From NCBI RefSeq assembly GCF_006345805.1, contig NC_043002.1, positions 25,110,001 through 25,174,000 on the forward strand: a stretch of DNA of 64,000 nucleotides. Reading direction: 5' to 3'. The stretch's first letter is position 1. Each line of letters begins with the position of its first letter. The stretch comes from Octopus sinensis. Taxonomy: Eukaryota. Positions 10,072 to 22,327 of this stretch are shown piece after piece. The position numbers and the translations under genes were made by a program. A model generated the notes under the pieces. It worked only from the letters and a program-made list of their open reading frames with translations. It was not told where the DNA came from and searched no databases.

Positions 10072-10679
10072 TGTTATGTTACTGTGGTGGTAGGAACCCG
10101 GTAAAGAATGTATAAAACACACGGTGGTAACTTTAACACGTTTATTGTGGCTACACGCACATACACAATGGAATGAGGAATAGAATGGTAGATGGACTTC
10201 CATATATATCTACAGGCATCTGCGTGGGTTGTGTGTAAGCTGTTAACCCCGGTGAGAAGCTCACGAACAGTGATGTAGGAATCAGAGCAGTGTGTTGGTG
10301 CTGTGTGGATATTGACGACGTTGGTGAGAGACATCTGGTGTGGCGACGAAGATGGAGGTCGCTGCAAGGTGGTCAGTGATTAGACCTTAGAAAGTCTAGA
10401 ACCAACTGACGTCGAACCTAGGAAGAGGTGAGCTTTTATAGCTGACGGTTGGACTCAAATGCTCGTTTGGAACAGACTGTTTGAAATGACTTATTTGCAG
10501 GTTGTGATTGGTTGGGTCGCATATTGGCGCGCGATAGAGTATGAGACAAATTGCGCCAATATCAACCAATCGGAGTGGTAGACACAACAGGATCCAAAAC
10601 AGCGCCCAAAGACTAGCCGTTACCTGCTATTTTCGTATGTACTTAATATAAGAGAGGAAGTTCACTAGAGTTCGCAACA
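10072..10679 (-). mobile_element. Solo LTR (608 bp)
   Basis: TGTT...AACA termini. On the minus strand, CCAAT boxes, TATAAAAG (10434-10441) and AATAAA (10141-10146) occur in LTR order. No target-site duplication found. Confidence 0.7.
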
Positions 10680-11719
10680 GGACTAATTTGAGGTAAAACA
10701 AAAACAAGCCACTATATTGTCGCTCGGCTTGTCAGAAATAACAATCAAATCTTCTCAAATCACACGCTCATATACAAAAACATGGAATGATTGCGGCTAG
10801 AAAGCCTGTAATCATACACCTACTCGATCCGGGCTGATTTGGGATTGAACAGTAACATCAGACATATAAATGATCCTCTAATTACCATTAATCATTAGAG
10901 ACTGTGAGGAATGGAATTCGCTCCAGCAACAACCTGTACCACTTACGTCTTGGTTGTCTTTCATTTTTTGTATATCCCTTTCATTGTGTAGTTGGTCTGT
11001 AGACGTACGGCCCTTGTTGATCTAAAATGTACTATTTTGTGTTTCTTTGTAGTTTATTTTGGATTGTTGCAGAGAGATTGACGGCCCAAGCAGTGCTGAT
11101 ATAATCTATGATTGATATAATATATCGTTTGAACATTAATGCAGTTCGTTAGCCCGCTTTTTAAATCGTTTGGTTTCTTTTTTTAGACGAACTTATATTT
11201 TTATCACATTCAGTGATAACCATCGGAATGTGTGGCATTCCGATTAGACATTTTAAAGTTGTTGTTTAGTTCCCAAATCAACCCTAAACAAGCTTAAAGG
11301 AATTCCAGCTAGTTATTTATTCTTCGTATTAATAGTTATCGCCATGGACACAGGTTCGTGTGTCACATAGCTAGCTAGAGGTGATGGCTACTTGGAGCTA
11401 ATCAACGGCAGCATTCGTCCTATTTTTCTAGACTGCCATGTTTGCTTGGCGATAAGTATTAATATCCAATACCGCTGCCGTAGTCTCCTTTAGAGAAAGA
11501 CTTATAAATATTAATATTTCTATTTATTCTTCGTTTTTGCAAAAAAAAAAAAGATAATCTAGATATGTTTTACAAACGCCCCATAGGCCCCATAATAATT
11601 TTAAGAGCACTGATTACTTTGGAAAATGTTTTTAAGGCTATACCTAGCCACTGCCCAGATCGTCTATTTTTGACAAACGATATCCATTTATCATCACAAG
11701 TAATGACATAAGGCATAAA

Positions 11720-12010
11720 GATATATTTTTTTTATTGCGGATTAGCAGCATTAAACACCACTAGTTGCTGCAATTTTTGATGTTCAATCAATTCGTACGG
11801 AATCCATTTATTCAACTGGATCACTTTTCTTATGGGATAAAAATGGCGGGCACAGTTATAGAAAATACTACCAAGTTTTCTGTAAGTTGCCGAACTATTG
11901 ATTCTTTCCATCAATTCTCTTAATTCACCATTTATGACAAACCTTGGTTTCCCTGATACCTCACTCTGAAGGCTCTCGTCTGTGGACGAAATTTCTGAAA
12001 TTACAGTCGC
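11720..12010 (-). pseudogene. Degenerate mariner transposase fragment
   Basis: Minus-strand RTARL*FQKFR and KVIQLNKWIPYELIEHQKLQQL resemble mariner RTAQRWFQKFR and KLDKWVPHEL motifs. Confidence 0.55.
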
Positions 12011-14599
12011 GCCGTTCGTAGGCTAACATAATTCCTACCAAATGTCAGTGATGCTTATAGTAACTTCAAATACATTATATCCTGAGAAATCGTGCAAAAA
12101 AAAAGAAGAAAGAAAAGAAAAAAAAGAAACCGTGCTTATTTGACAGTCGCCATATTATTGTTGGGTACGAAATCGATGCTTACAAGACAAACGCCACCTG
12201 AAAGTGAAGCCAAATGAATATCAAAGCTAACCAAATAATAAAAGATACGCTGATCCAGCAGCTATTTTCCTTAACATGTATAATCATAACTTTACAATGG
12301 TTCATATTAAAAGATGATATTTCATACGGTCCGCTTTACTATAATGAGTTGGCCACGGTTGACATAGCAGTGGAATAATGACAAATTGATACGAAAAAGA
12401 AACTGGTTTCTATGACTTCCGTCGACCAAGACTGACCATGTACCTGCATGTGCACGCCTGAGCATGCAGCTGATCATATATGCAAGTCTCATTTCTTCAT
12501 GCCACCGATGTTTATTCAAGGAAAAGCAGCTTGGTGTCAGTGTCATCGCAGGCATGGCCACCATAGTCGGAACAGTAACCGCAGAGCATTTTGCTCAACC
12601 CTCTGCCAGTTCCGCCAACAATACCCTAGATTGGTATTTTTTATTAGTCACGAAAAGATGAAAGGCAAAGTTGACTACGGTGGAATTTGAACTCAGAGTG
12701 CAGAAATTAGGAACCAATTCCTGCGAGGTTACTTTATCCAGTGTTCTAATGACTAACAATTTGTCATCTAAAACTGAGTGACCCACATGCAAAACAGCAG
12801 ATATGAAAGGGAACTTAGGACTGACAACTCTGAACAAAACAAGGCATAGCAAAAAGGCGTACAAAGAGCATTTCCTAATGAGACTGGTTGATGAAAAAAA
12901 ATAAGATAACTTCAAACCGAAAACCTTGTCCAAATGCTTGCAACCAAGTGGAATCTACTAAAAGCATCCAAAGACCATGTAGTGATGTTAAACTGGTTGA
13001 CGGATTACATCTACGACCCACAAGTACCACTAGGACTACGACAACTACAGTACGTATTTATCATAATATTTTCGACAATACAAGGATAATTTCCTATCTT
13101 CCTTCGAGTATTTTTAACAAGACACCATTTTGTTGGCAATGTACAGATACATTGGCTACACCTACTTGAGCACTTATAACACAAAGAGCTGAAATAAATA
13201 TCACAGAGCATTTTCTCCAACGCTCAAACATCTTCATCATTCTCATATTCATCTGTTGAGCCCTTTTGTGTCCTTAGATTGCTCCCATTTATTAAGGACA
13301 TAAACTCCTTTGAGTCTGGTGCCATTTTTTGGAGGAAGGGTTATTAATCTAAGAGAAAACGATACTATTCAAGGAAACAATAACAGGCAGAACAAACGAG
13401 AATTGATCCAGCGAATATGAGAACGATGAAAATAAGGCAAAGATCAATCCTTAACAACTGCGTCCAGCGTTATTGGCGTAGGCTAGGGCTAAGCAGCACT
13501 ATCCTAAATGCCGAAACTGCATATTCCTTAGACTGGACAGCTGATGAAAGGATAATTCCCCGGTTGTTCCGTGTTATATTTTCGTTATATTTTCCTGTTT
13601 ATATGGCGATGCATACAGCGCTCACAACCACCGCCACCACTTAGGTCTGGGCTAGTAAGATCGGAGCTTAACCTGGTTTCCAAAGTGTATAAGTGATTGA
13701 GATTACAGCACTTCCCCTGAACGTAACGTCAGTCCATCTCAGGGTTAACTTCCAACAATTGCTAGGAACTCATTTATAACTGAGTGGATTGGAGCAATGT
13801 GAAATGAAGTGATTTTCTCAAGAACCCAATGCACCACACTAATCACTAGACCACACGCCTTCATCTACTCCCAACCCCACCACACACTATTTTTTCTTTT
13901 ATTTCATTTGCCTATCTGGAAGCGGTTTCTTTGCCATAATGGTGAGCAGGGTGAGGTTTTGACCTCTGAATGTTCAGAGCCAGAACAAATACCATAAGAC
14001 ATCCCGTCTGATAATCAAACAATTTTGCCAATCCACTACCATCAGCTAGTTCTTTATTTATCAATCTCGAAATATGAAAGACAAAATTGACCCCTGAATG
14101 TAGAGAATTTGGAACAAATACCAATAAAACATAATCCAACACCTAGTGTTTCTGTCAGCCTACCATCATGGACTGATACTTCCTCCCAGAATGATGAAAT
14201 ACTAAGCTGACCTTCATAGGATTTGAACTCAAAATATAAAGACCCAAACAAATACTTCAAGCTATTTTTGTCCACTATTCTAACAATTCTGCCAATTTAC
14301 TGCCTTTCAAAAAGGGAACACTGCTTTGGACAATGTAGATTTATATGACAGAAAAGGCTGGATGGTCAGGACTGGAATATCTTTAATCAGAGATCAGCTG
14401 GATTATGCTGACTTCAAGCTAAACAATGTGTTTAATCTAAAAGCAAACATTACAATACTCAATTCACAATACTGAATTAATTAACATATTCAAGCTAATG
14501 AGAGAGCTTCTAGAAACCACATGACATGCTAGAAATAGTAGTTAAATATTCCTCAAAGCACAATCTGGCATCTTAAAAAAAAAAAAAGACACACTAATC

Positions 14600-15995
14600 A
14601 TCATCATCATCATCATCATTTAACGTCCGCTTTCCATGCTAGCATGGGTTGGACGGTTCAACTGGGGTCTGGGGAGCCCGAAAGCTGCACCAGTCCAGTC
14701 AGATCTGGCAGTGTTTCTACAGCTGGATGCCCTTCCTAACGCCAACCACTCCGAGAGTGTAGTGGGTGATTTTATGTGCCACCGACACAGGTGCCAGACG
14801 AGGCTGGCAAACGGCCACGCTCGGATGGTGTTTTTATGTGCCACCGACACAGGTGCCAGACGAGGCTGGCAGACGGCCACGCTCGGATGGTGTTTTTATG
14901 TGCCACCGACACAGGTGCCAGACGAGGCTGGCAGACGGCCACGCTCGGATGGTCTTTTTATGTGCCACCGACACAGGTGCCAGACGAGGCTGGCAGACGG
15001 CCACGCTCGGATGGTGTTTTTATGTGCCACCGACACAGGTGCCAGATGAGGCTGGCAAACGGCCACGATCGGATGGTGCTTGTTACGTGCCCACAGCACG
15101 GAGGCCAGTCGATGCGGTACTGGCTACGGCCACGTTCGGATGTTTTCTTATGTGCCACGTGCCACCGGCACTGGTACCACAAGATACAAATTCCATTGAT
15201 GTTCATCTATTTTGATTTGTTTTGATTTGATTTTGATTTTGATTTTCACTTGCCTCAACAGGTCTTCACAAGTGTCACAAGAAGGAAGGTATGCACAGGT
15301 GGACTGACTACGTCCCAGGTAGAGGCCATGGGTTATGGCCTGACTAGTCTTGCCGGGTCTTCGGATGGTGTTTTTATGTGCCACCGACACAGGTGCTAGA
15401 TGAGGCTGGCGAACGGCCACGATCGGATGATGTTTGTCATGTGCCCACCGCACTGACTACGGCACTGATGGATTTCTTGTGTGCCACAGGCACTGGTACC
15501 ACAAGATACAAATTCCATTGATGTTCATCTATTTTGTCTATTTTGATTTTGATTTTGATTTTGATTTTCACTTGCCTCAACCGGTCTTCACAAGTGTCAC
15601 AAGAAGGAAGGTATGCACAGGTGGACTGACTAGTCTTGCCGGGTCTTCGGAAGGTGTTTTTATGTGCCACCGACACAGGTGCCAGATGAGGCTGGCGAAC
15701 GGCCATGATCGGATGGTGTTTGTTACGTGCCCACAGCACGGAGGCCGGTCGATGCGGAACTGGCTACGGCCACGTTCGGATGGTTCTCATGTGTGCCACC
15801 GGCACTGGTACCACAAAGTGTGTGCCACCGGCACTGGTACCACAAAGATACAGATTCCATTGATGTTCATCTATTTTGATTTGTTTTGATTTGATTTTCA
15901 CTTGCCTCAACAGGTCTTCACAAGTGTCACAAGAAGGAAGGTATGCACAGGTGGACTGACTACGTCCCAGGTAGGGGCCATGGGTTATGGCCTGA
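14600..15995 (-). mobile_element. RTE 3-prime-UTR-type non-autonomous element with internal tandem expansions
   Basis: (CAT)n plus TTTAACGTCCGCTTTCCATGCTAGCATGG end is shared with the RTE tail at 21400-21651. Five 62-bp units (14774, 14836, 14898, 14960, 15022) and three longer repeats of about 320 bp. Confidence 0.8.
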
Positions 15996-16890
15996 CACTA
16001 ATGTAATTCTGAAAATAAGATGAGATGGTCATGCATGGAAAGCCTTTGGATACAGTGCTGTTTGAACAGAGCTGCCCTGGGGCTAAATAACAAGAGCAAC
16101 AACAATACCAACAAAAGAAATTAAATATTTCCATTTATGATATAAATTTAATTTGAACTTGAATTTATATCCTATTTATATTTTATTTTATTTTATATTT
16201 TGTTTTTATTGAATGTTATATCCTGAGGAGGATGGATATGGCCCATAGCCTTTTCAGAGCCTCATGAGATAGAATAGAAATAACAGCAGTTTGTGTTTTG
16301 AAATTTTGAGGATCTGTGATTAGAATGGGCAAAAGCCATGATTAGGGATGGAATGTCAGGGGTTTACAAAGTTCAGTTTCATTTTCCTTTTTGGCTTTCT
16401 TTTTTGTCTATTTTTTTTTTAGCTGTTTCATATTATTTTGTCTTTCATGTGACATGCATGCCTGTGGGTGGGTGTGTGTGTTATTTTTCAATTTGGAATC
16501 TGAAAAATATCTGAGTGGAATATGATCCATGACAAAACAAGGATATCTAACATTGGGAATTCCATCCAACCTGCAACTGACCAGTGTGGACAGATAGCTC
16601 TACAACCAGTGTAAATAAGCTGGCAATGGTGTGCTGAGGCTTTCATCCAGTTGTGGATTGACAACGACTGAATGGAATATGTGGAATATGACACAACACT
16701 ATAGATAGTTTGGTGGGAGATTAATTCAACTGAATCAACATAAAGTAAATGGCTGCCAACAAGGACACAGAATGATGATGATAACACACTCACACACACA
16801 TATGTAATTAAATATATATATATATATGCATGTATATAAACAGATATGTAGATAGATAGATAGATAGATAGATACGTGTACATACATACA

Positions 16891-17290
16891 TTCTTTTATT
16901 CTTTTATTTGTTTCAGTCATTTGACTACAGCTATACTGGAGCACTGCCTTTAGTCGAGCAAATCGACCCAAGGACTTATTCTTTGTAAGCATAGTACTTA
17001 TACTATTGGCCTCTTTTGCTGAACTGCTAAGTTACGGGGACATAAACACACCTACGTCGGTTGTCAAGCAATGTTGCAGGGACAAACACAGACACAAATA
17101 TATACATACACATACATATACATATATACGACGGGCTTCTTTCAGTTTCTGTCTACCAAGTTCACTCACAAGGTTTTGGTTGGTCCAAGGCTATAGTAGC
17201 AGACACTTACCCAAGGTGTCACACAGTGGGACTGAATGTAGAACCATGTGGTTGGTAAGCAATCTACGTACCACAAACCCACTCCTACAC
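16891..17290 (-). mobile_element. tRNA-derived SINE (family A)
   Basis: Homologous to 9165-9504. Confidence 0.75.
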
Positions 17291-17591
17291 CTATATATAT
17301 ATTATATATATATATATATATATAATATATATATATATATAATATGTGCGTACACACATACACACACACACACACATCTATCCATGCATTCATGCATGCA
17401 TACACACACATAATTAAATATATAGATGCATGTATATAAACAGATAAGTAGATAGATAGATAGATAGATACATGTATATATACATGTGTGCATACACACA
17501 CATACATACACACATGCATACACACATACACAGATCTATTCATCCATCCATCCAAATGTACATACATGCATGCATACACACACACACACAC

Positions 17592-17622
<31 letters not shown>

Positions 17623-19228
17623 CACATACATAAAACAAAATATGCAGATATGCATATGCACTGATTCTAAATACTTATGCACGCACACACACACACACAC
17701 ATGCACAACTACCCTGTTTTTGATGTTGAAATTCCAATGAAAGAACCTTGATTCCCGATTAGAAACCAGCACTTTCTCCATTGACAATAAACCTAGAATT
17801 AAAACTAAATAATAACACACACATTATCTTTTAGTTACAAGTAAACTGTAGCACTCATGATCCTTTACAGAACTTCTGAGATTAGTAGATGGGTGGGATG
17901 GATTTAGGGTGTCCTCCAACCAGAGATTAAACCTGGATTTTTAATCTTCACATTGGAGGCAAGATGCCTAATATCAATTCCATCAACCCCAACCTCAGTA
18001 CTTCACTGATACTTTATTTTATCAACCCTAAAAGGGATAAAAGGCACAGCTGACCTTCATAGGATTTGAATTCAGAATATAAAGACCCAAACAAATACTC
18101 CAAGGTATTTTTGTCCAATATTCTAATAATTCTGTCAGTTTGCTGTCTGACTGTCGTTACAAAAGGGAAGGCCGCATTGAACAATGTAGATTAATATGAC
18201 AGAAAAGGCTGAGTGGTGAGGGCTGGAACACCTTCATCAGAGATCAGCTGGATTATGCAGACCTCAGGCTAAACAATGTAGTTAATCTGAGAGCAAACAT
18301 TACAATTTCACAATACTGAATTAATTAACATGTTTAAACCAATGAGGGAGCTTCTATGAAATCACATGACATACAAGAAATTGTAGCTAAATCTCCTTCA
18401 TTGAACAGGAGGGATAAAAGGCACAGCTGACCTTCACAGGATTTGAACTCAGAATGAAAGAGAATTATAACTAAATGCTACCAAAGCAGTTTATCCCTCA
18501 CTCAAATCTTCTAACACTGGTTTAACCCATTAGCATTCAGATTACGCTGTATTATTTATTTACATTGTCTTGAATTAATCATGCATTATCTTGTAGCTTC
18601 AAGATTTCAATGATGTAGCTGTTTAGTTTTACAACGACATTGTAGAGTAGGTGTGAGATATTGGATCTGACCAGTTTGAACATAAAAGAGGCAGAATATT
18701 TTGGCCAGTTTAAATGCTAAAGGCTTGATACCAACATTGGTAAATTGTAGCTGACCACCCTCTGTTCTCCACCAGTCTCTATATTCTTTGGAAACAAAGA
18801 ATATAGTACACTTGTTTATTTGTTCCCCAATAAACACTGTTGACTAATTCCAGTTAGTAGTTTCAAGCAGAGGTATTTTCTTCTGTTGATCATCAATTGT
18901 AATGAACTGATGGCAAACAGTGAACTCCACAAGTTGGACAACATCTTTTACATCACTCCATTAAAACCCACCACCATTCAACCTCTCAAAAACATATTAT
19001 ATTTTATTATATTTATTTATTGCCTTTCATTTCTTTCTTCTGTTTCTTTTAAATGTTTCTTGAGGAAGGTAAGGAGATGGAGCACTGTTAAACTTTGTCA
19101 CCACTTTCTGAAATATACAAATATTAAGCTATATATATATATAGATAGATAGACAGATACACACACACACATAGGTTTGGTGATGCAAACAGAAAAACAA
19201 AATTCCAAAGATGTAATATATGTAAATA

Positions 19229-19260
<32 letters not shown>

Positions 19261-21651
19261 GTGAAAAGAGACGGGCCTGGAAAGCTGGAAGGATGGGGGC
19301 AGCAGGGAACTGTACCAGATAGCCAAAAGGGAGGCTGGGCGGCAGGTCTACATTGCCAAAGATGTAGCAGAAAAGAAGAAGTTTGCCAATGTCCAGCGTC
19401 GCGAGGATCAAAGAGCCGAAGTATTTCGGATTGCCAGACAGTGTGTCAGAGAAAATAGCGATGTTATAGGAGAGAAATGTGTCCGCATGGATGATGGGGC
19501 ACTTGCTTTTACTACTAGTGAAAAGAAAGAGGCTTGGAGAAGCCATTATGAAAGACTGCTGAATGAGGAGAATGAATGGGAGGAGGAGAGCCTGCCAAAT
19601 GTTGACCCAGTAGAGGGACCAGCTACCCGAATAGACAGCTCCCTTGTAGATAAGGCAATTAAGGATATGAAACCAGGCAAAGCCCCTGGCCTATCAGGAA
19701 TCACTGCTGAGATGCTTAAAACAGCTGGCTATGTGGGCTATACCATAGTCACCGCATTGTAAACCAGGTAGTTCACAATGGAGTCATACCCAATGACTGG
19801 TGCAGCAGCACCATAGTCAACTGCTACAAGGGTAAGGGTGATGCTCTAGATAGAAATAACTACAGAGGCATCAAACTGTTGGACCAGGTGATGAAGGTAT
19901 CAGAGAAGGTCATAACCAATCTCATTAGGGAGAGAATTTGTTTAGATGAAATGCAGTTCGGTTTTGTACCAGGTAGAAGCACCACTGATGCTATATTCCT
20001 GGTCCGACAACTGCAGGAGAAGTACCTAGCTAAAGATAAACCCCTCTACATAGCTTTTGTAGACTTGGAGAAAGCCTTTGACAGGGTTCCCCGTTCCCTT
20101 ATCTGGTGGTCGATGCGGAAACTGGAGATTGAAGAATGGCTAATAAGGGCTGTACAGGCTCTATACAGAGAGGCTGTCAGCAAGGTTAGGATTGGCAACG
20201 AATATAGTGAAGAATTCCGGGTAGAAGTAGGTGTGCACCAGGGCTCAGCCCTCAGTCCCTTTTATTCATCATAGTCCTTCAGGCAATAACAGAGGAATTC
20301 AAAACGGGATGCCCCTGGGAGCTCCTCTATGCCGATGACCTAGCTCTCATAGCAGAATCACTACCGGAACTAGAAGAGAAATTTCGGGTGTGGAAGCAAG
20401 GGTTGGAATCAAAGGGCCTTAGAATAAATGTAGCAAAGACCAAAGATATAGTAAGCAACAAGAGGTACTCAGCACACATCCCCTCGGGTAGGTGGCCCTG
20501 CTCAACCTGTAGGAAAGGTACAGGTAGAAACTCCATAAGATGCACCCAATGTAAGTTATGGACACATAAGAGGTGCAGCAACATAAAGGGAAATTAACAG
20601 ATAAGATAGCTTTCATGTGCGGCAGATGCACAGGGACAATAGACACAACAGACACTCAGAAAACAGATTCCATCACACTCCAGGGAGAGAAACTAGAAGT
20701 AGTTGATAGTTTCCGCTACCTGGGTGACCAAGTTAGTAGCGGAGGTGGATGCACAGAGAGTATCACCACTAGAATACGAATAGCCTGGGCAAAGTTCAGA
20801 AAGCTCCTACCCCTACTGGCAACAAAAGGTCTCTCCCTCAGAGCAAAAGGTAGATTGTATGATGCATGTGTGCGAACTGCCATGCTTCACGGTAATGAAA
20901 CATGGGCTGTGACTGCAGAAGACATGCGTAGACTTGAAAGAAATGAAGCTAGCATGATCCGCTGGATGTGTAGTGTCAGTGTGCACGCAAAACAGAGTGT
21001 AAGTATCCTGAGAGAAATGCTGGATATAAGAAGCATCAGATGTGGTGTGCAAGAGCGACGCTTGCGATGGTATGGTCATGTGCTGCGGATGGATGAAGAG
21101 AGATGTGTGAAGAAGTGCCACTCCCAAACAGTTGAAGGTATCAGGGGGAGAGGTAGACCCAGGAAGACATGGGATGAGGTGGTCAAGCATGACCTCAGAA
21201 CATTGGGCCTCACTGAGGCAATGGCGAAGGACCGAGATCTCTGGAGATATGCTGTGACTACAAAGACCCGGGCTGCTTTCTGCAGCAATTCCACATACCC
21301 CCTACCCATTCTAAGTACCCCGGATCCCCAAAGTACCCTGGATCCCCAAAGTACCCCGATCCCCAAAGTACCCCGGACCTCGTTGCCCCCGTGCCGCTGA
21401 CACGTTAAAATGCTCGAACCGATCGTGACGATGCCGGACCCTCCGGCCCCTGTGCAGGTGGCACGTAAAAAGCACCCAATCCACTCACGGAGTGGTTGGC
21501 GTTAGGAAGGGCATCCAGCCGTAGAAACTCTGCCAGATTCAGACTGGAGCCTGGAGCGGCCCCTGGCTTCCCAGACCCGGTCGAACCGTCCAACCCGTGC
21601 TAGCGCGGAAAGCGGACGTTAAACGATGATGATGATGATGATGATGATGAT
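19261..21651 (+). mobile_element. 5-prime-truncated RTE-clade LINE with frameshifts
   Basis: RT motifs QFGFVPGRSTTDAIF, FVDLEKAFDRV, GVHQGSALSP and LYADD; C-terminal RERRLRWYGHV and RGRGRPRKTWDEVVKHDL; 3-prime UTR ending in (GAT)n. Starts at a (TA)n tract. Confidence 0.92.
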
Positions 21652-21756
21652 TGATAGAAATGGCAAGACAACGAAAAAATGAAAGAGACCTCGATATTAT
21701 GTAAATAGAGGAATTTATCTGTAAATATAATATGTGACAATTATTCAGTAGCTATA

Positions 21757-21816
21757 ATAAAACTTCAAGTTTCAGATGTCGGGGCGGAAACACACGCTGG
21801 CATCTCTTCAGTTATC
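21757..21816 (-). ncRNA. Type I hammerhead (unit 7, minus arm)
   Basis: GATAA-CTGAAGA-GATG...CATCT-GAAA-CTTGAAG-TT-TTAT; GUU triplet; short stem I. Confidence 0.6.
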
Positions 21817-21825
21817 AATGGCCCA

Positions 21826-21884
21826 ATAACTGAAGAGATACCGGCATGTGTTTCTGCCCTGACATCCGAAACTCAGAGTTTTAT
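21826..21884 (+). ncRNA. Type I hammerhead (unit 7, plus arm)
   Basis: ATAA-CTGAAGA-GAT...ATCC-GAAA-CTCAGAG-TT-TTAT. Confidence 0.55.
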
Positions 21885-22327
21885 CATGGCTACCGAATTA
21901 TTGTCACATATTATATTTACATATATATATACTTAAGACAATTTGTACTTATTCATTTTTCAGTTCTTTAATTTAATATAATCATCTTATATAAGACCAT
22001 ACTGGACCACTACATTGAAAATTTAATTTCACTGTTAGAATAGATAATTTCAAAGTTGATAAATTTAACATTAGAATAAATCACTTTAAAATTTGATAAT
22101 TATAACCTTAAAATAGATCATTTTAATGTTGATAATTTTAAAGTTAGAATAGATAATAATGCTGACAATTTCAATGGAAAGAGCAAAAATAGCTCTTCCA
22201 TGATGCAATTGCTTATTCAAGAAAGAAAAATGATGAAAACAATGAAGAAAACATGTATACTTACATTAAGAGTTAATTTTTCATGCAATGGTCAGTCACT
22301 GGTCTAAGAAATGCAGGGACTAAGTTA

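Larger units (their letters stand above)
21652..21922. mobile_element. Fold-back hammerhead element, unit 7
   Basis: Arms about 21718-21816 and 21826-21922 are inverted and visibly diverged by substitutions; long tail on the left; each arm begins with ATAA-CTGAAGA...GAAA. Confidence 0.75.

Noticed and set aside
12800-13000. Possible extra host exon
   Set aside because: The translation weakly resembles the RTE segment AFTTSEKKEAWRSHYERLL, so it is probably a decayed LINE; too weak to list as a feature.
14774-15083. CRISPR-like array (also 60352-61020)
   Set aside because: Head-to-tail repeats without unique spacers, in a eukaryotic context with no cas genes.
16488-17820. Multiple ORFs rich in YI/CV/HT (also about 30041-30995 outside the exon and 33878-34441)
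   Set aside because: Translations of (TA)n, (CA)n and (GA)n microsatellites.
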